From Zygnema circumcarinatum SAG 698-1b (taxonomy: Eukaryota > Plantae > Zygnematophyceae), in assembly GCA_037447605.1 (NCBI GenBank), contig CM074815.1, forward strand, positions 1,054,001-1,118,000: DNA of 64,000 nucleotides, in the 5' to 3' direction. The notes under the pieces were generated by a model, which had not been told where the DNA came from, did not search any database, and was given only the letters and a program-made list of their open reading frames with translations. The position numbers and the translations under genes were made by a program. The stretch's first letter is position 1. Every line of letters starts with the position of its first letter. Positions 1-11,923 of the stretch are shown piece after piece.

Positions 1-9
1 GCTCCAGTA

Positions 10-1302
10 GTGAAGATAGAGAGCTTGAGGAGCATGTTAGCTATTGCAGCTGAGAAAGGATGGCACATTCATCAGATGGATGTGAAGACAGCCTTTCTGA
101 ATGGAGAATTAGAGGAGGAGATATTCATGGAGCAGCCAGAAGGAAAGGTGGAGCCAGGAAAGGAAAATTTAGTTTGCAGGTTGAAGAAATCCATCTATGG
201 ACTGAAGCAAGCTCCAAGGCTTTGGTATGAGAAGCTTCATCAAGTGTTGTTGAAGGAGCAATGTGAGAGGTTTGATTCAGATCATTCAGTTTACAGAAGA
301 GGAGTTGGTGAGAAAATGGTTGTTATTGGTGTGTATGTGGATGACTTGGTCATTGCTGGACCAAGCTTGCAGGAAATCAAGAAGCTGAAGAAGACTTTGA
401 TGAGACACTTTAAAATGTCTGACTTAGGGGAAGCTGAATACATTCTTGGTATCCAGATTCAGAGGGGGACAGATGGATCTATATTTATGAATCAGAGGAA
501 GTACATGGGGGAGATCTTGGAGAAATTCGAAATGAAGGATGCTAAACCAGTGAGTACCCCATTAGATGTGAGTGTGAAGTTGACAAGTGAAATGTGTCCC
601 AGGACTGAGAGAGAAAGGGAGTACATGAAGGGGGTCCCTTATAGATCAGCAGTAGGAAGTCTGATGTATCTCATGACTTCTACCAGACCAGATCTTGCAG
701 CGGCTGTTGGAATGCTGAGCAGGTTTCTGAATGATCCAGGAAAGGCGCATTGGGAAGCAGTGAAGAGAGTCATGCGCTATGTGAAGGGGACTTTGGATAC
801 AGGATTGAAGTTCCAGAAGATTGAAGGAGAGCCAACAGTGATTGGCTATTGTGATTCAGATTGGGGAGGATGTGTTGATACAGGCAGAAGCACCAGTGGA
901 TATATCTTTGTTTGTGCAGGAGCAGCGATTTCATGGAACAGCAAACTTCAGGAGTGTGTGGCGTTGAGCAGTGCAGAAGCTGAGTACATGGCGGCGTGTC
1001 ATGCAGCGAAAGAAGCTAAGTGGCTGCAGCAGTTGTTTGCAGAGTTGAAGGAACCGCAGCCAAAGTTATTAATGTGGAGTGATAGTCAGAGTTGCATTGC
1101 TTTAGTTAAGAACCCAGTTTATCACAAGAGGACAAAGCATATAGATTTGAAGTATCATTTCATTCGTGAGTTAGTGACCAAGAAGGAGATTGAGCTGAAA
1201 TATGTTCATACGACTGAGCAGGCAGCTGATATGATGACTAAGGCAGGGACAGGACCAATGATTGGTAGATGTTGCAGACTTGTAGGTTTGATGAGTGCTT
1301 GA
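10..1302 (+). CDS. Copia pol polyprotein C-terminus: reverse transcriptase + RNase H (5'-partial, no stops)
   Basis: Motifs HQMDVKTAFLNG, LKKSIYGLKQAPR, YVDDL, YCDSDWGG, SSAEAEY, KHIDLKYHFIRE, ADMMTK are typical of Ty1/copia RT and RNase H. Confidence 0.95.
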   Translation: MKIESLRSMLAIAAEKGWHIHQMDVKTAFLNGELEEEIFMEQPEGKVEPGKENLVCRLKKSIYGLKQAPRLWYEKLHQVLLKEQCERFDSDHSVYRRGVGEKMVVIGVYVDDLVIAGPSLQEIKKLKKTLMRHFKMSDLGEAEYILGIQIQRGTDGSIFMNQRKYMGEILEKFEMKDAKPVSTPLDVSVKLTSEMCPRTEREREYMKGVPYRSAVGSLMYLMTSTRPDLAAAVGMLSRFLNDPGKAHWEAVKRVMRYVKGTLDTGLKFQKIEGEPTVIGYCDSDWGGCVDTGRSTSGYIFVCAGAAISWNSKLQECVALSSAEAEYMAACHAAKEAKWLQQLFAELKEPQPKLLMWSDSQSCIALVKNPVYHKRTKHIDLKYHFIRELVTKKEIELKYVHTTEQAADMMTKAGTGPMIGRCCRLVGLMSA

Positions 1303-1333
1303 GTTGATCAACCCTTGCATCAAGAGGGGGAAT

Positions 1334-1770
1334 TGTGATGATGATGATGCTACGGGTTGTACGGACTGTTGTACGGAAGCTGTACGGATATATGTACGGA
1401 CAGGTGTACGGATACTGTACGGAATATGTACGGGCGAAAGAGAGACTGCGCATGTGAGAGAGTTCAGGAAGGTCTGTGCAGGAAGAGAAGTGTCAGGCGG
1501 AGGAGAAGCGTCTGGCGAAGCGTCGCAAATGTATGGTGCTCAAGAAGGAGGATTCAGAAAGGAGAATTCTGGAAGCTTCGACATTGGGTTGAAAAGAAGC
1601 GCTGCGCAGATGTAGAACACAGTGAAGAGAGAACAGGAAGAGAGAAGAGAGGATGAAGTGATCTGTAATGAGGCCTCATATGAAATAAAGAAGTGTTTAT
1701 GAGTTGTGTGTTGATCTTGTGAGAACATGTGTTTTGTATGTCAAGCTTGAATGTGTTCTCTTCTGTCACA
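1334..1770 (+). repeat. 3' LTR of the copia element, containing seven tandem TGTACGG motifs (1358-1433)
   Basis: Starts TG 1 nt after the PPT and ends CA; 5-bp terminal inverted repeat TGTGA/TCACA. The 5' LTR is outside the window, so the end point cannot be confirmed. Confidence 0.8.
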
Positions 1771-1981
1771 TGGCGGAGAGGCCCGACACAAAAACCAAGG
1801 GACTAATAAGTACAGAGAGGAAAGGACAGGGAGGCAGAGAACGGCGAAGAGAAGTCGAATAACGGGGACAGGGAGAGACTAGGATCTTGAAAGTTCGTGC
1901 GAAAGGGTAGAGGAAGTGGTAGACGGTAAAGTACCACTTAATTATGGCTTGCATTCCTGCTCTTTGACGGGTCGGTGCAGG

Positions 1982-4900
1982 ATGGGACAGAGGCCATGGC
2001 TGGCGCTTTTCCTCGCGCTCTGCGGCGCCGCATACTTCGGTGGCATGCACGCACATGCGCACCGCCGGCCATCCAACAAGCCTGCTCACCCGACCCGCTT
2101 CTCTCCCTCCCTGGAGGGAGAGGGGCTTCAGAGGGAGAGCGCACTCACACAGCAGGTGCTCCTCTTGCGGCTTTGCGTCAATAGAGTAGTGATCCACAAA
2201 GGTGTTCCATTTTTGTTAATTCTTCGATGCCGAGTAGCTTTTTGTTGCTAGAAGGGTGAGGCCTCAATTCATTCCGCCTAATGTGAGGAGGGTACGCTGT
2301 GCAGGCAATCCATGGCGGAGGCGGTTTGGCGATCTTTGACGCGTCGGGTGTGGAGTTGGAAGTGGCGACCGCCACGGCCTTTGCGCACTTGGGCGTGTTC
2401 GCGGAGCCCCACAAACCCACCGCCTTCTGTGAGCGCTCTCACCTTGGACCCTCCTCCTCCCCATCTTCATAAAAACTTGAGCTTTCCTCCATATGGGCAC
2501 ATGCTGAGTAAGGGCTCCCTTCTCCTTCGCTTTTGGACCCCACAGCGTTCAGCCTCTTCAAGCAAAACCGCAACATTTCAGAGGGGTGGCTCCTCCACGC
2601 CGAGGGGCCCAAGGGACAACAAATTTTTGGGCGCCAAGGAAACATCACGTTCTACGAGCCCGGTCAGCAGCATCTCAAAGTTTCCGCCTGCCCGATCTCC
2701 GCCGACTCCTCTGAAGACTGCTCGACGGGCGCAAGCACGGCGGTGGGTAGAACCTACTTCCCAAAGAATTCCCACAAGGGGTTGGGTTCTCGAGACTCTT
2801 TGAGTGCTGGAGAACACGCTTCTTGTCCTTGTTAACGCGATTTTGGACCATTCGATATTCCTACGACTATTTGTTTTGTTTTCATGTTTTCCACCCTATT
2901 GGCAGACCTTCCTCGTGCCTGTGCGTGTCAACTACGTCCGCAGGAGCATACTCTCCCTTGACAAAGCCGAGTTGGAGAAATACTTTTCGGCCATCAAAGT
3001 GATGCGGAACCACACCACAGAAGGAGGCCAGGCCATATTTGGCCCGAGGTATTGCCCTTTCAGGCGTACCATCCCGCCCCTCCCTCCCTCCCTTCCTTTT
3101 TTTCCACGATTTTCCTTCCCTATTTTTGCACCCCTGTCCCCCATCAGTCCATATCTATCCGTTCTCGGTTGATCTCCTTCCCCCTTCCTGCTCGCCCACA
3201 GCGGCTCCTTCATGGGACTTTCTCTAAGGAAAATTGTCATTTGGAGAAGCGCCACTCTAACACAATGCCGCTCCACGCGCTGTTTCCGCGCAGGTTCTAC
3301 AGCTACATGGAGATGGCGGCACTCCACACCGCGGCCGTGTGGGTGAAGGCATCAGAGTGCGATTTCGGCCATCACGGGCCCGCCTTCGTCACCTTCCACC
3401 GCGCTTTTCTGCGCATGTTCGAGCTCTCACTCCAGGTGCATTGCTCTCCCAATCATGGGGCCCTTTCGACATGCCTGCTTTACATAACAATAAATCATGA
3501 TGCTTCAAATTTTAGGTAGTGTATCTGTGTTGTTTGCGCGGGTGATTCTAACGTTACCTTCATGTGGTGGGGCAGTCCATAGATCCCAGCCTCGCTATGC
3601 CGTATTGGGATTACTTGAATGAGAAGGATCCACTGCAAAGCTTTTTCTTTTCAGACGACTATTACGGAAACTACACAGGGGACCCCCTGAATGACTTTCA
3701 AGGTAACATCGACAGGTTTTTTCCTTTTTGTTATTGGGTTGTTTTGTGTACGTTGCTTCATGTAACATAAGTTTTTTTACTATAGCAGTGCTTTGACGGT
3801 TCCGATTTCATCACTTCTCTCTCCATGCAGTCGAGCTATTTTTGCTTTATTTTTATTTTTTTGCATTCATTTTGCTTCGTGGATCGCATCTCCATGGTTG
3901 CAGTTGTTACGGGTCAGTTCGCGAACTGGACAGTACCATCAGGCACGGAAGCATTGGCGCTCTCAAAGTTGACGTGGGGAAGGCTGGGCCCAAGCAATAC
4001 AACAAATGCCTATGGCTTTTTTCGAGGGTCAGTTCACATGCCTTGCCCAACTCCGTCAGTCGACATTGACTCCGTCTTTCCCATGCAAGCTTCTGCAATT
4101 TGGAAACTAAAGCCTGTCCCCGTTTTACCCTTATCGTGATCATGTGCGCTTATTGCGTTGCAGACCTGATAATGTGAACAAGGCTCCTTTCATCACACGA
4201 TACGGCACTCGATCCTCGCCGATTCCACCAAACATTACAACCTGGGAAACTTGTGCACAGAAGAATGTGTTCGGCGACTATATTCACTGCTTAGATACTT
4301 CCAGTAAGCAGCACTGAACTCCACACTTTTTCAGTCGAAGGATCGCATAATTTCCGCCATTTGACGCGCAGCAGTTTCTGTAAAGACTTGGTTTTTGTTT
4401 GTTGTCTGGAGGAGCATTGCCACTTTTGGATAGTAACTGGTGGAGCTCTTCACTGTGCAGACACGCATCCTTTCTATCATGCATGCATAGGTGGCTCTTA
4501 CGGTGTTCCCAAGTTCGAAGAGGTCGTCGGCGAGCTGAACTGCTCCGCTTTCGCAACTCTCGACGATTGCAAGACCGCCTTTACTTCGGCCGTAGCGGCC
4601 GGCGGGTCGTATCGGAGTCAGGGCGTGAGAGAGGGATGCATTGTATGCGACAAACGCTGCACTTTGGATCAACCGTTGCAGGACTGCGGCTGTCGATGTG
4701 ACATTGTGAGCACTTTTTCCAGACGACAGGAAATCATGCAAGAAATGCACATTCTTCTTTTCCTTAGAGTGCAATGCACATGTTTGTTGATAACTGCTCG
4801 GATGCGAGAGGGTTAGATCATTATGCGACAAATAGAGTAGCTGCATGCACATCTCGAACTAGTCCTTTCAACTTTTAAGGTGAAGGTATCATGCCGAAAA

Positions 4901-5980
4901 TTATGCAGCCAAAAAGCACATATTCCAGAATGAGAAGTGCAACTGTAAGCTACCATTGAACCATAAGAATGGGTCGACCTCATCACTTCTACTGTGGGTG
5001 AATAGTTTGGCTTGAATGCTGAATTGAGGACTCCAATCTTCCTCGGTAAGTCTCCTACAAACGTCCCTGAAGTTGTTCGTCTCGCGTGTTCAGGAAACGC
5101 CGATGTGCTTGCCTGAGAACGCCATCATCCGGTTGGCCCGTAAGTTGAATCTGGAGGTGACCGATGCTCTCACCGAGCACTGGGAGTTCGCACTCTACGG
5201 CATGTGCAGCGTTACGAGAACCGTGGGAGACTACCTCGGTAGGCTCTTCTTCTCTTCTCCCTTTTCGAGTTCTCGTGAGGGCTGTACGGAGAGGGGAGAG
5301 CAAGGACAAGGGGGCGAAATGGACGACGGAGATAGAAGAGGGTGTGGAGGGAGGGAGGGAGGAGGAGACGGGCAATGAGGGACAAGTGAGAGCGGGGTAG
5401 AGAGAAAGAGAGGGGGTGGAGAGGGATTGGGAGGGTGAGCTAGAGTTAGGAAGAAGAAGAAGACTAGACAAAGAGAGGTGGACAGAGAAGGAGAATGTCT
5501 TAACCCGCAACCTTATTTCGTTTGTGGCTGTGTGAATTGTTCGATGTGTTGTTCAACAATGCAGACAACGCTGTGGCTGCCCTTGATCCGGTGTTCTATC
5601 CCATCCACACCAACATCGACCGCCTCATTGTCTCGTGGCGCCTGCGCTTCCCCGACAGGCCCTGGAACGAGACGGGCTTCACATTTCCCAGCCTCGACCC
5701 GCGAGTGTACCCCGACTTTGGGAGCATGACCAACATTTTGGAGGCGGGCCGAGTCCATCCCGGCGTGGTGTGGCCCGGAAACGGCAACCCTTCAGGCGCG
5801 TGCGCTGGTCACGGCCTGTACGATGAGATCGCGGATGGAAGCTTCATGAATGTCTTCAGGTCCCTCCCTGCGGACCAACCGCACACGAACTTGGATGTGT
5901 TGGAGACTATCGACATGGAGCTCGCACACCCGCACTCAGCGGACTACATATACGATCGATACGAACTGCAGGAATCTTAG
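1982..5980 (+). CDS. Tyrosinase-domain (type-3 copper) protein, multi-exon, with putative N-terminal signal peptide
   Basis: Exonic translations give CuA MAALH...GHHGPAFVTFHRAFLRMFELSLQ, SIDPSLAMPYWDY, NAYGFFRGPDNVNKAPFITR, CuB THPFYHACIGG and DPVFYPIHTNIDRL. Hydrophobic N-terminus MGQRPWLALFLALCGAA. Some internal exon borders (4.7-5.1 kb) are unresolved. Confidence 0.85.
2270..2332. repeat. 63-bp dispersed repeat; inverted copy at 6717-6779
   Basis: CATTCCGCCTAATGTGAGGAGGGTACGCTGTGCAGGCAATCCATGGCGGAGGCGGTTTGGCGA matches the reverse complement of 6717-6779 with about 2 mismatches. Confidence 0.9.
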
Positions 5981-6436
5981 TGGTCAGAATGCCGTCGAAG
6001 GGTGCCGGTCCTCTCCGTGGCAGAACATTTGTACATACATGTTGTACATTGGAGTTAGGGCAACGCACGCTAGCAGGTCTTGTTGCAAATAAGACATTCT
6101 TATATTGTCGGATATATTTTTTGGTCTGCTAGCTTGTAATAGATCTTGTATTTTGCATCCAGGTGCCTTACACCTAGCGGCCTTTGCTAGACCTATGCTG
6201 CCACTCACTTTCATCGCCTAGCTCTCGCCGCATTGGCAAACTTAGGACATTCATTGAATAGACACTTTTCTTTTGTGTCATTTGTTTTTTCCATTCTTAT
6301 TGTGTGCATGCAATGTCCACTCCTACTTTAATAGGTCTTAGTAGCAGATTTTTTAAAATGTAAATTTCCGAATGGGGGAATTTTCGTACATGTTTTCCGT
6401 GCGATTCTATGTCTGGCTGTACGGATCAATACATTA

Positions 6437-6611
6437 GGGGGGGTCAGACCTTGACCATCGCCAAACCAATTTCGTAAGCCCGTCGGGCCTATTCCGCCGT
6501 GTACGGCAGGCCTTTTTCGCAAAAAGTGGCCGTTCGGCAGGTTCGGGCGCCGCGAATTCAAGAAAATAATTATTTTACCTTTGTATCTCCGAGCCAGGTC
6601 TGACCCCCCCC
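6437..6611. mobile_element. Short MITE-like element with GGGGGGTCAGACCT terminal inverted repeats
   Basis: GGGGGGGTCAGACCT at the left end and AGGTCTGACCCCCCC at the right end. The left end also matches 60895-60945. No TSD identified. Confidence 0.65.
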
Positions 6612-7384
6612 TTTTCGCCCCGCCGCGCTCCCTCCGCCGCCCGCCGCCCGCCGCCCTCCGTTTGCCCGCCGCCCTCCGTTTTGCCGCCACGCGCCCTTCA
6701 CACGTGCGAGAGGCGCTCGCCAAACCGCCTCCGCCATGGATTGCCTGCACAGCGTACCCTCCTCACATAAGGTGGAATGTGTTGGGTACAATAAGGGTAT
6801 AGCCTAGAATTGTACGCTGTACGGTCCTTAGCCTTTTGTCGGCGGTCCTTAGGAGATTTGGTCACAGTCTGAACAAGGCGCTAGGGCGCTGTTCTTGGTG
6901 GGAACACGGGAAGTCTGAGTAAGACACGTGGAGGGCGGCGATAGGCCGCGCCACCACAGGAGTCTACTTAGAATTGATAAGTATAGTTTGGACACGTGGC
7001 GCGCAGCGATAGGCTGCGTGTCAGCTTTGTATTGCTTATTGCTTTAGTGGACGACCGTACGAAATGTCCGGAGCTTACGAGACGCATGGATGTACGGACG
7101 ACCAACACAGGCGCTGGAGAAGCGCGCGCGTGGATGCTGTAGCGTAACGGAGCTGCGTTCGGCGGATCCGCGTCCGTTCAGTTGTACTTGACGTATGCCT
7201 CTTCCGTGTCACGGATCAACGGAATCCAGGAGCTGCCAACGGAGATTGAGAGAAGGCGGCGCCATGCGTTGGCGGCCCACGGAACAGCACACCATCCAGC
7301 AAGGCGCACTCGGGAACACCGCCTAAGGCCGCCGATNNNNNNNNNNACGCTAAGGCGTGCTTCATGTACTGTATGCGGTTTTCC

Positions 7385-8110
7385 ACGATACGATACGGTA
7401 CGATGCGGTGCGATATTTCAGAAAACGATACGATACGATACGCTATGATACGGTACGTACGGACATACATGAACTCTAACATAATTCCGCTCGCCTATTG
7501 GTAACACGGACCTTATATTTGCCAAATACAATATTTTCGCCCGATTTTTGCCAAATGTAGGTGGAAAATATGACGGGGTCCTACTGCATGTAAGGATGGA
7601 GCGTGGACGTACGGACGGCGCGCGATGGTACGGCCGAAGCAGAATTGTACCAACTATAAGGAAAAGTACAGACGTGGAGATCTCTGGCGTGAGAGGCGGA
7701 TTTGCACGATGCGACATGATTGGTCGCTTCAGCGCACAGGTCGCGGCAATCTGTGTGCGTGACGTGACGAAGGGTTTGGCAATGTCGGTGGAGTGATATG
7801 AAATGTAGGTGACGAATGAGGGTGCGCCACGTAGACCTTTATTTGGCCTCCAGTTCTGACGAGGTAACCTGAGAAAGGGACCAAGGTCAGGGTTTGCAGG
7901 GCGGCGGAGCTGTACGGCTGGCATAGGCATAGGTCGGTGCTATGCTAAATTTACGGGGTCTTGCATGGCTGGCTGTTGAACGGTCCGCTGGCTGTTGAAT
8001 GCATACACTTGCTAGTGCGGCTGTGACGTGACATCGGGTGGTCACGTCACGCTGGCCGCCATTGTATAAGAGGGAGCAAGCTTGGCTCCCTTACTCACTC
8101 ACTCACTCTC
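7385..8110 (+). repeat. Interspersed repeat copy 1, headed by a (GATAC)n tract
   Basis: Colinear blocks shared with 9115-10270: TACGGACA.ACATGAACTCTAACAT, CCTATTGGTAACACG.ACCTTATATTTG, GAGGCGGATTTGC...GCGACATGATTGGTCGC, GTGACGTGACAT...GTCACGTCAC. The right boundary is approximate. Confidence 0.7.
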
Positions 8111-9114
8111 TCTTTATGTTATGCTGCTCGACCTTTTTGTTTAGGAAGATTATGCGAAGGTGGAGGCTTAGAGGAGTCCGGCCTTGTGTAGAAAGGTCGT
8201 GAAGGAACTATCTCTCATCATGCTAAGCTTTAGCAATGGAGTTAGGTGGTTTGTCCCTCTTGTGTTGAGGTAGAGGAGATCTTGGAGGCATGAAGTGCTT
8301 GTAAAGGTGCAAGGGGGACTCTAGGAAAGATAAATACATGCCCGAATGAAACTCAAAACTTTCCTCCACTTCCTTGGGCCACACACCGCTCCCCTTGCGA
8401 CGTGCCCTCTCATCCACCCCTCGCCAGGTTCGCACAGTGGAAACTAAACGCGCCACCTACAAGGACACTTCTTCATCTCCTTCATGGTCTCGGCTCCTTC
8501 AGACTCCACGCTTCTCCAATGGTCTCCTCGTTGTTGATGTATAGGTACATCAGGATGTTGGTACTTAGTTCCTCGCATGAGTGTTGTCCATGAGAACAAT
8601 GTTGTGTTGGGACAATGTCATGCATGGATGGTCATGTTTGGTATAGGACCGAACATGGGGGAGTGCCCGTACAGTGGGGGGTCCTCATACTTTCCACCCT
8701 TTACAATGCGCTCCCAAGAAATTCGCCCCGATTTTGCCGAAACCACCTTTTTGTACGGTAACTCAATGTTAGCCGTACTGTTCGTACTGTCCGTAGTATT
8801 TGTACTAGCCGTACGAGTTGTAGAATCGTCCCACAGGTGCTGCCGTAAGAGGCGCACGCTCCTCTCCTCGTCTGCTCCATATACCATCCACATCAACCAT
8901 CTACACGGCAAGCATATTGACTTTAAGAGGTGTTTTGGTATTGAGCGTCTTCCAAGTCGCACAAGGCACCCGTTTTGGTTCATTGCCGTGGAAGCCCGTC
9001 AACCCCCAGCCCAATATTAACTCACTCATTTATTTCATCATGGGTGTGCTCTTCCATTATTGATAATTATAGCATCATCAATGAGACGAACAACGCGAAG
9101 AGCGGAAAACTACG

Positions 9115-10270
9115 TGTATGCGATACGATACGACACGGTACGATAGATACGGCTTGATACGGTACGATACGATACGATATTGGACGATACGATACGGCAT
9201 AGGAAGATAGATATTGAACGATATGGTACGACACGATACGATATTAGACGATACGATACGTACGGACAAACATGAACTCTAACATGGTACCGAAAGCCTA
9301 TTGGTAACACGAACCTTATATTTGCAAAATCAATATTTTCGCCCCTTTTTGGCCAATACCATGGCGAAAATATGACGACCCCCCACTGTATCGTTAGGGC
9401 ACGGTACGGTAGGTCTAGGGAAAGTCTAGAGTCAAAGGGTTACGGCTTAGGCTTTGACCGTACCAAAGGGGGTGCGCGGAATGCGCTTTGGTTGAATGGA
9501 GCGCGGCCGTACGGACGGCGCGTGACTGTACGGACAAAGCGGAAATGTACGGACTATGTGATTTTGGACGCAAGAGGCGGATTTGCGTGAAGCGACATGA
9601 TTGGTCGCGACAGCACGCAAATCGCAGCGTGATCTCCAAGCGTGACATGACGAATGATTGGTACAGTATGTATTTTAGAGGTACGGACGTTGGTCGGTGC
9701 TGAGATGTCGGCGCGACGAATCAGCATGAGGAGGCGCTGAGCAACGTCTACATCTGGAGGATAGTGGCGAATCGGAAGGCGCCACGTGTCAGGTCTAACC
9801 TGTATGGGGACAGGCTTGCTTCATCGTACGACTCAGGAGCGTGCGCACGGAGGCGAGACCGGCCGAGCGGCCGATGCTGATCGTACGGCCACGGAGGCGA
9901 GACCGACCAAGGGACCGATGCGGATCGTGCGGTCGGGAGTCTGCCAGTCAACATTGCTCTGAGGAATCTTTTCTAGAGTGTGGAGTCTTGAAATGTTGTG
10001 GCGGCAAGGAGTCGGCGGAGCGTACCTCGAGGAGTACTGGAGTTAGTCTTTGTTAGGACGGCGGGATGTATAGCCGGCGGTGGAGTGCATGGCCACCTGG
10101 GTTAGTGCGGTGGTGTTGGTACGTTGCCAGGCTAAGATGTACTTTGCATAGCAAGACACGAAGTAGTTTAAGGTTGTTTGAATTAAGGTTGTTGCATGCA
10201 TGGTCCCGGCGTGTGTGACGTGACATTGTCACGTCACAACCTCATACTATATATTGAGTAGATGAGTAAG
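9115..10270 (+). repeat. Interspersed repeat copy 2, headed by a (GATAC)n tract
   Basis: Diverged direct copy of 7385-8110 with insertions. Boundaries approximate. Confidence 0.7.
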
Positions 10271-10905
10271 ATAGTAACCTTCTTGATGAGCATTGCAAAG
10301 CTATGGTAGTTTCTACGGCAGTTAGAGGCATGGCTTTGGCAAGAGGAGGTGGACCTTTGTGAGGAGTCTCCGTGTGTGGAGAGCTGTCTCACGTGAAGGT
10401 GGAGTTATCATGTGTGGAAAGCTTGGCTAGGCTTATGGGGGCTTGAGCTGGAGAGCTTGTCATGATAAAGAAGTTTTAGGCTGGGAGCTTTCTCCTTCGT
10501 TTTTCTATTCCGCCTCTTGTGTGTTGTGTATGCACTTGAGTGAAAAATGAATGAGAGTGCTGTGGGCACATGGAGAGAAGCTTCCATGGAGAGTGAAGAG
10601 GGAGAAAGAATTAGAGATGAATTTACTTCTCAACCTTCTACCCCACACTCACACTCGTGTGGAGCGACACACCGCCCATACAATGGTCGCCTCCAACTCA
10701 TCCGCCACGCCAATCCAACACAACGTCCCGAAAATGGTATTGAACTCACGATGAACACAAGGACTACATGCACACATTATTTGTCTAGATACAGACCTTT
10801 TTTCGCCGGGCAGATTTTAAAATAGACAAAAAATGCTTTTTTCGCACCTTTTTGGAATCGATACAAAATCTGTTTCCGTCGGGCAGATTTTACCCCTGTT
10901 TATTA

Positions 10906-11499
10906 TTTTGAGAGAAAAAAATATCGGCCTGCCCGAATTCGCTCGGAGCGCAAGATCCGTCCGCCCCGAGATCGTTCGCGGGTGTGCGTCCTTCACAAGT
11001 GCAGTGAATCGCAGCCGTCGATTCTACCACAGATCGCATCACGGCAGATCACCGTTCGATCTGCAGCTATGGCACGCGCCCACGTGTCCCGCAAAAGCTG
11101 GCTCAAAATCGGTCCGTACATAAGTCGTACTGTATGTTCACAGCCTTGATGAAAGGTGAAATACCGTACATAGCCTAGACCAATCACAATTTTACCACGC
11201 TCTACAAAATAGTACGTGACAGATGGTGATTGGCTGTGAGTTGACAAAACTCAACTTGACTTGCCGCCGCAAGCTTGACCGGTCCAGCTCATAATTTTGC
11301 GGAGATCTCGGGCTTTCGCGGGACACGTAGGCCCGTGCCAGTCGCTGGGACCGAGCCCAGATTGAATGGTGATCTGCCGAAGTGCGATCTGCAGAGATTT
11401 ATCGCATGTGTAAAGGACGCACACCCACGAACGATCTCGTGGCGGACGGATCTTGCGCTCCGAGCGGATTCGGGCAGCCAATATTTTTTCCTCTCAAAA
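10906..11499. mobile_element. Foldback / Mutator-like MITE with ~190-bp imperfect inverted arms
   Basis: Left arm 10906-11098 (GAGAGAAAAAATATCGGCCTGCCCGAATTCGCTCGGAGCGCAAGATCCGTCCGCC...) is the reverse complement of 11311-11499. TSD not resolved in the A/T-rich flanks. Confidence 0.75.
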
Positions 11500-11923
11500 A
11501 AAAAATTCAGGGACGCGGGATATTCAAAATGGGGTGACGGGGTATCATTTTCCATAATTTATCCATGTCGAGTCGATGTTCGAGGCTGCACGTACGGCAA
11601 CCGCGATAGATGGAAAAGTTCGGGGTCAAGTCGGCCAGGTCGGACGGACGGGATGGCGTACGGGTGTAAGGCAAAACTCTACTTAGGGAAACAAGTACGA
11701 GCACAGACAGATGGGGACGTTTCCTTCCATGCCTTTCCAATGCATATGAGGACAGGAATTGGCGTTAAAGTGGAGCAAAGTGTGGACAAGCGGACGAGTG
11801 TTCGGGGGCTTGGACTGCGCCAACCCATATACACATCGCACAGCCCCGAGCCATCCCAGTCAGAGTTAAGCTTTGCTTCTTGGCCCAGCCCTAGGCAGCG
11901 GTAGTGACCAAAATGACCCAAGG

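Larger units (their letters stand above)
1..1770 (+). mobile_element. Ty1/copia LTR retrotransposon, 3' portion (RT-RNaseH, PPT, 3' LTR); truncated by window start
   Basis: Copia pol ORF, then polypurine tract AAGAGGGGGAA (1322-1332), then an LTR-like segment 1334-1770 with inverted termini TGTGA...TCACA. Confidence 0.93.

Noticed and set aside
8220-8640. Possible Ty3/gypsy RT remnant on the minus strand between the two GATAC-headed repeats
   Set aside because: Only vague resemblance (NILMY, WPKEVEESF); no convincing motif order or frame.
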